Below, piece by piece: positions 59,675-64,000 of a DNA stretch of 64,000 nt. This stretch comes from Thermodesulfobacteriota bacterium (GTDB lineage Bacteria > Desulfobacterota > Binatia > Bin18): positions 2,720,001 to 2,784,000 of the forward strand of contig OZ219926.1 of assembly GCA_964291405.2 (NCBI GenBank). The letters are read 5' to 3'. The notes below the pieces were generated by a model that saw nothing but the letters and a program-made list of their open reading frames with translations, made no database searches and was not told the DNA's origin. A program made the position numbers and the translations under genes. Numbering within the stretch: position 1 is the stretch's first letter; each line of letters begins with the position of its first letter.

Positions 59675-60674
59675 TGACGATCTTGCCGAAATGCGTGGCG
59701 CTTTCCATGAGTTTCAGGGCCTCTTGGGCTTCCTCAAACGGATACACCCGATCAATCACCGGTTTGATCTGATTCACGGCCATGGCCGTGTTCATCTCTT
59801 CAAACATCTCGCGTGAGCCAACATAGACACCTTGGAGTCGAAGGCTCTTCATCAGCACCGGAATGGGATTCACCTCACCATCCGTGCCGGCCAGAATCCC
59901 GATCAGTCCAATAAAGCCACCGACCCGCGTGGCCTCCATCGACTGCACCAGCGTCCCGGCCCCGGCCACTTCGACCACCTGATCAACCCCCACCCCATCG
60001 GTGAGTTCCAACACCTTTTTGCCCCACTCTGGTGTGGTCCTGTAATTAATGACTTCGGACGCGCCGAGCTGTGTGGCGCGTTCGAGTTTTTCGTCACTGC
60101 TCGATGTAATAATCGTGCGCATCCCGGCGGCTTTGGCAAATTGAAGGGCAAAGATCGAGACGCCCCCGGTTCCCAGAATCAAGATCGTGTCACCGGCTTT
60201 CATATTGCCCAGCGTGACCATACTCTGCCAGGCGGTGACCGCGGCGCAGGGCAGGGTGGCCGCGTCTTCATACGTCATATAATCGGGGATCGTCACAACC
60301 CCGTCTTCGTGCAAGATGACCAGTTCGGCCCACATGCCGTCCACGGCACCGCCGAGCGCCGAGGCCGCATGGGACGCGTCCGGCCCACCGGCCAGCCAGT
60401 TCTGAAAGAAAATACCTGCGACCCGGTCGCCCGGTTTGACCCGCGTCACGCCCGCGCCCGTGGCAACCACCTCGCCCGCGCCGTCGGACAGGGGAATCAA
60501 CGGCATCTTGAGGCCCCGCATCCCGCCGTATTTGACGGTCATGAGGTCCCGATAATTGAGTGACGTGGCTTTGACCCGGATAGCAATCTGACCGTAACCG
60601 GGCTGCGGGTCTGGCCGGTCCGTGAGGGTTAAATTTTCAATGCCAAATTCCTGATTGATCTGCCACGCACGCAT
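59664..60674 (-). CDS. MDR-family NAD(P)-dependent alcohol dehydrogenase/quinone reductase
   Basis: SLNYRDL, PLSDGAG, TLPCAAVTAW, GTGGVS, HFGKIV. Confidence 0.9.
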   Translation of the reverse strand: MRAWQINQEFGIENLTLTDRPDPQPGYGQIAIRVKATSLNYRDLMTVKYGGMRGLKMPLIPLSDGAGEVVATGAGVTRVKPGDRVAGIFFQNWLAGGPDASHAASALGGAVDGMWAELVILHEDGVVTIPDYMTYEDAATLPCAAVTAWQSMVTLGNMKAGDTILILGTGGVSIFALQFAKAAGMRTIITSSSDEKLERATQLGASEVINYRTTPEWGKKVLELTDGVGVDQVVEVAGAGTLVQSMEATRVGGFIGLIGILAGTDGEVNPIPVLMKSLRLQGVYVGSREMFEEMNTAMAVNQIKPVIDRVYPFEEAQEALKLMESATHFGKIVITG

Positions 60675-60701
60675 GTCAGTAACTCCTTGTGGATTCGTTT
60701 T

Positions 60702-61718
60702 TTATGCGGAAAACGCTTTGACTATCGAGCGCCAGCGGGCATCATTTACGCCCGGACGGTCGGGATGATAGAAGGCTACCCGGTCGAGCAAGCCGTCGTA
60801 TTTTTCTTTGAGCATGGCCGGGATTTCATCCGGGGAGCCGGTCACCGCATACTCGTCCAGCATTTCGTCGGTCACGTCGTTGGCCATGGCCTGCCACTCG
60901 CCCTTGGCTGCTTTGGCGTTCAGGCGGAGACACACGTCACCCCAACCGTGGACGTCCAGCACCGGTTGATACGTTCGGGTAGAGGCATAGAACGCAATCT
61001 GCATGCGCACCTTTTCGCGCATAGCGTCCGTCTCTTTTTGCGTGTCGCCCATAATGACGAAGGACGAGCTTGAGACCACAATGTCTTTTCGGCTGCGACC
61101 GGATTTCCGCGCCCCCTCTTCGATCTGGGGGATCACCCGTTCACGCAGAAATTTCGCAGAGTGAAACGGGTGGGCGTGAAAGCCGTCGCACAGCTCGCCC
61201 GCCAAACGGCAGATATACGGGTTCACCCCGGCAATATAGATAGGAATCTGCGGATGGTCGATTTTCCCTGGTGAAAAGGCCGGGGTCATCAGCGTATGCT
61301 GATAAAACTCGCCCTGAAAGTCCAACGGCGTGCCGTTTTGCCAGCAGTCCCAAATCGCCCGCAGCGCCAGAACAATCTCGCGCAACTTCGGACCCGGTGA
61401 TTCCCATTTCACGCTATACCGCCGTTGATTGTGGCCCTTCACCTGGGTGCCGAGTCCCAGAACAAAGCGCCCGTTTGAGGCGCGTTGCAGGTCCCAGGCC
61501 GTGTAGGCCAACGACATCGGGCTGCGCGGAAACGACAAGGCAATCGCCGTGCCGAGAGTCAGCTTGGTGGTGGCGGTCGCCGAGACGGCAAGCGAAAGAA
61601 AGGGGTCGTGCTGGTTCTCCATGCTCCACACCCCATCAAAACCCATGTCCTCGGCATTACGCGCAATCGCAATCGCCTCGTCGAGTGAGCGGGCAGTCAG
61701 TAAGCTGTCAAGTTTCAT
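60702..61718 (-). CDS. LLM-class (probably F420-dependent) oxidoreductase
   Basis: HDPF, FPRSPM, GRFVLGLGTQVKGH, LMTPAF, QIAFYASTRTY. Confidence 0.88.
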   Translation of the reverse strand: MKLDSLLTARSLDEAIAIARNAEDMGFDGVWSMENQHDPFLSLAVSATATTKLTLGTAIALSFPRSPMSLAYTAWDLQRASNGRFVLGLGTQVKGHNQRRYSVKWESPGPKLREIVLALRAIWDCWQNGTPLDFQGEFYQHTLMTPAFSPGKIDHPQIPIYIAGVNPYICRLAGELCDGFHAHPFHSAKFLRERVIPQIEEGARKSGRSRKDIVVSSSSFVIMGDTQKETDAMREKVRMQIAFYASTRTYQPVLDVHGWGDVCLRLNAKAAKGEWQAMANDVTDEMLDEYAVTGSPDEIPAMLKEKYDGLLDRVAFYHPDRPGVNDARWRSIVKAFSA

Positions 61719-61823
61719 ATGTATCCTTCCCCGTTACGTGGCGGATCGGCGTGACTGGATCGTAGTAGGCCGCGCGTTGCAGCCGCTCTCTTATCAGTTC
61801 CCCGCCAGATGTCCTAGAGTGGG

Positions 61824-62696
61824 TCACCCGCGGTCGCGAGTTTCAACGGGGACTGGGAGACTGAAAGGAAGGCGTGCAAAACGACGGTCGAGTTCCTGCT
61901 TGGCCTGCTTTCGGAGCTGGATACAATTTCTATAGCGCCAGCCGGTCCTGAGCCAACTCCATACGCCCCCTTGCTGAAGAGGGTTCATGGCTTGGGCAAA
62001 GCCCAGCACGCCGGACTGCGGCTTTTTAATTTTCAGTAAAGAAGGGAGATTTTCCAGAACAGGCCCTTCGAGCGTCACACGGGCGCGTGTTCTCGTGTTT
62101 TCCAACACCAGATTGAGCGCATAGTCCCCGTCCATCCCTGGGATATCCTTGCCGTACAGACGCAGTTCGGGAGGGTGACGGTGTTCTTTGGTCAACGGCG
62201 TATCGCGCTCCTCCCGTTCCACGAACCGTACCCAGTCCAGTTCTCCGGTGGCAGACAGCCGATATTCCAGCTCTCCGCCCTGACCGGACGCGACCTGGAC
62301 ATAGCGCGTCAAAACCGGCCCGGTGATGGCCTGCTGCGTCTTCACGGCGACCAACTGCAAAGCCAGTCCGAACGTGGCGTCGTACCACTCGGACGGAAGC
62401 GCAAGCCGCTTTTTCTCAATGGTAAGAGAAACGCCGTTCGGCCCGGGCGGCCCGGCGATCCATCCGACATTCACTTTGGCCAGCACGAGCGCCTCGTACC
62501 GGCCCTCGGGCGAGCGTTTCTCGAAAAAGGCGTATGCCTGCCGGTACGCCCCATAGCCGTGACCGAGTTCGGAGCAGAGATGATCAAACCTCAGGGGATG
62601 GCCCCGGTCGAAAACCGCTATGCCTGCTTGGTGCTGACCTAGAGCGATGCTTGCAGACAAGAAAAACAAGACGGTGATGGTAATAACTTTAGGCAT
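61824..62696 (-). CDS. Hypothetical exported protein
   Basis: Signal-peptide-like MPKVITITVLFFLSASIALG; no recognised domain. Confidence 0.55.
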   Translation of the reverse strand: MPKVITITVLFFLSASIALGQHQAGIAVFDRGHPLRFDHLCSELGHGYGAYRQAYAFFEKRSPEGRYEALVLAKVNVGWIAGPPGPNGVSLTIEKKRLALPSEWYDATFGLALQLVAVKTQQAITGPVLTRYVQVASGQGGELEYRLSATGELDWVRFVEREERDTPLTKEHRHPPELRLYGKDIPGMDGDYALNLVLENTRTRARVTLEGPVLENLPSLLKIKKPQSGVLGFAQAMNPLQQGGVWSWLRTGWRYRNCIQLRKQAKQELDRRFARLPFSLPVPVETRDRG

Positions 62697-62807
62697 AATG
62701 CACGACAGATAAGGTGCGAACCCTACGCTTGAATTTTCCGGGCTTGTGTCTATTTGTACAGGCGTTCGGACCGGGACTGAACCCACCTTACTGCGGGAAA
62801 TCGACGT

Positions 62808-64000
62808 CTAGTGCTTTTCCAGTCGCTCTCCCTCTAAGGAATCGACTTGGCGCAACTGCGGAAAGATACGTGCCCACAGACCAACAACGGCCAGGGTGCC
62901 GAGTCCGCCTAGCACCACTGCGGGTACAACCCCGAACCAGGCCGCGGTGACGCCGGACTCAAATTCCCCGAGTTCGTTTGACGCGCCAATAAAGACCGAT
63001 TCGACCGCGCTGACCCGACCGCGCATATCGTCCGGTGTTTTCACTAAAACCAGGACCCGACGAATGACCACACTGATCATGTCTGACGCGCCCAGGATGG
63101 TGAGGGCCAGCAGCGACAGCCAGAGATTGTGAGACAGCCCAAAGACGACGATGGACAGTCCGAAGACTCCGACTGCCCCCAGAAGAATTGCACCCGCATG
63201 ACGCTGAATAGGCCAGCGAGCGACGATCAGCGCCGTGACCAGCGCGCCAACTGCCGGAGCGCTTCTCAGCAGCCCGAGTCCCCAGGGACCAACGTACAAA
63301 ATATCCCGCGCATAGATCGGTAGCAGGGCGGTTGCTCCGCCCAACAGCACCGCAAACAGGTCGAGCGATGCGGCACCCAGGACAACCGGCTGGCCCCGAA
63401 TAAAGGAAATCCCCGCCACAACAGACTCCCAGGTGGCGGCCATCTGCTCTCTCTCGCGGTGTTCAATGCGGATGGTGTTCACTAAAAAAGCGGAAAGAAG
63501 AAACATCAGAACACAGCAACCATACACTGCCTCCGGTCCAATGGCGTAGAGCAGCCCACCGATGGCCGGGCCGACAATGGTCGCGACCTGCCACGAAGAC
63601 GAACTCCAGGCCGCGGCGTTGGTAAAAAGGCGCTGGGGCACCAGATTGGGCATCAGGGCGACCGAAGCCGGAAACTCAAAGGCGCGGGCCGTCCCGAACA
63701 GGATGAGTACGCCAAAGAGGAAGAGCGTATTTGTGCCGCCTTGCAGCGTAAACGTCAAAAAGAGCACAGCGCATATCGCCTCAACGATGATGCATAGCGC
63801 CATCACGGTCCGCCGGTCATAGCGGTCGGCGACGTGACCGGTCACTAGCGCCAAGCCGAGCGACGGGAGAAATTGAGCCAGGCCGACCAGGCCGAGGTCG
63901 AGCGGCCGGCGCGTCAGATCATAGACCTGCCAGCCAATGGCCACTGCCTGCATTTGAATGGCCAGGGTGACACACAGCCGGGCGGCCCAATAGCGTTGGA
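62808..64000 (-). CDS. MFS transporter (EntS/MFS_3-like), 5' partial
   Basis: GHVADRYDRR, DLFAVLLGGATALLP, MRGRVSAV, GASNELG; frame open to the window edge. Confidence 0.9.
   Translation of the reverse strand, partial: QRYWAARLCVTLAIQMQAVAIGWQVYDLTRRPLDLGLVGLAQFLPSLGLALVTGHVADRYDRRTVMALCIIVEAICAVLFLTFTLQGGTNTLFLFGVLILFGTARAFEFPASVALMPNLVPQRLFTNAAAWSSSSWQVATIVGPAIGGLLYAIGPEAVYGCCVLMFLLSAFLVNTIRIEHREREQMAATWESVVAGISFIRGQPVVLGAASLDLFAVLLGGATALLPIYARDILYVGPWGLGLLRSAPAVGALVTALIVARWPIQRHAGAILLGAVGVFGLSIVVFGLSHNLWLSLLALTILGASDMISVVIRRVLVLVKTPDDMRGRVSAVESVFIGASNELGEFESGVTAAWFGVVPAVVLGGLGTLAVVGLWARIFPQLRQVDSLEGERLEKH

Overview
Bacterial chromosomal window with a Deltaproteobacteria-like core gene order (rplU-rpmA-obgE-proB-proA-nadD-rsfS; trpS-scpA-scpB-rluB). 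PAC2, LLM/F420 and acyl-CoA catabolic genes hint at a Binatia/Tectomicrobia-like host, but that is inference only. Bases 1-38.9 kb are mostly housekeeping and lipid/C1 metabolism and end in an initiator tRNA-Met. Bases 39-64 kb are accessory: NCS2 permease, amidase, WYL regulator, a complete type I-F1 CRISPR-Cas locus (26 identical repeats, 25 spacers), a two-subunit dimethylformamidase and other catabolic genes. Three signals stand out. (1) A solitary I-F repeat with a compensated stem lies between cas2-3 and cas8f; a 32-nt guide-length footprint after it covers the cas8f Shine-Dalgarno, suggesting Cas6f/Csy-based RNA autoregulation. (2) The I-F locus is bracketed by relics of a different CRISPR-Cas type (truncated MYXAN-type cas6 on the left, orphan 37-nt ...GAAAC repeat on the right), suggesting in situ replacement under an inherited WYL regulator. 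(3) A ~54-bp palindromic element occurs 8 times with compensatory stem changes; it is inserted twice in-frame in rimO and supplies the C-terminus and stop codon of scpA. All family assignments come from recognising motifs by eye; no searches were run.
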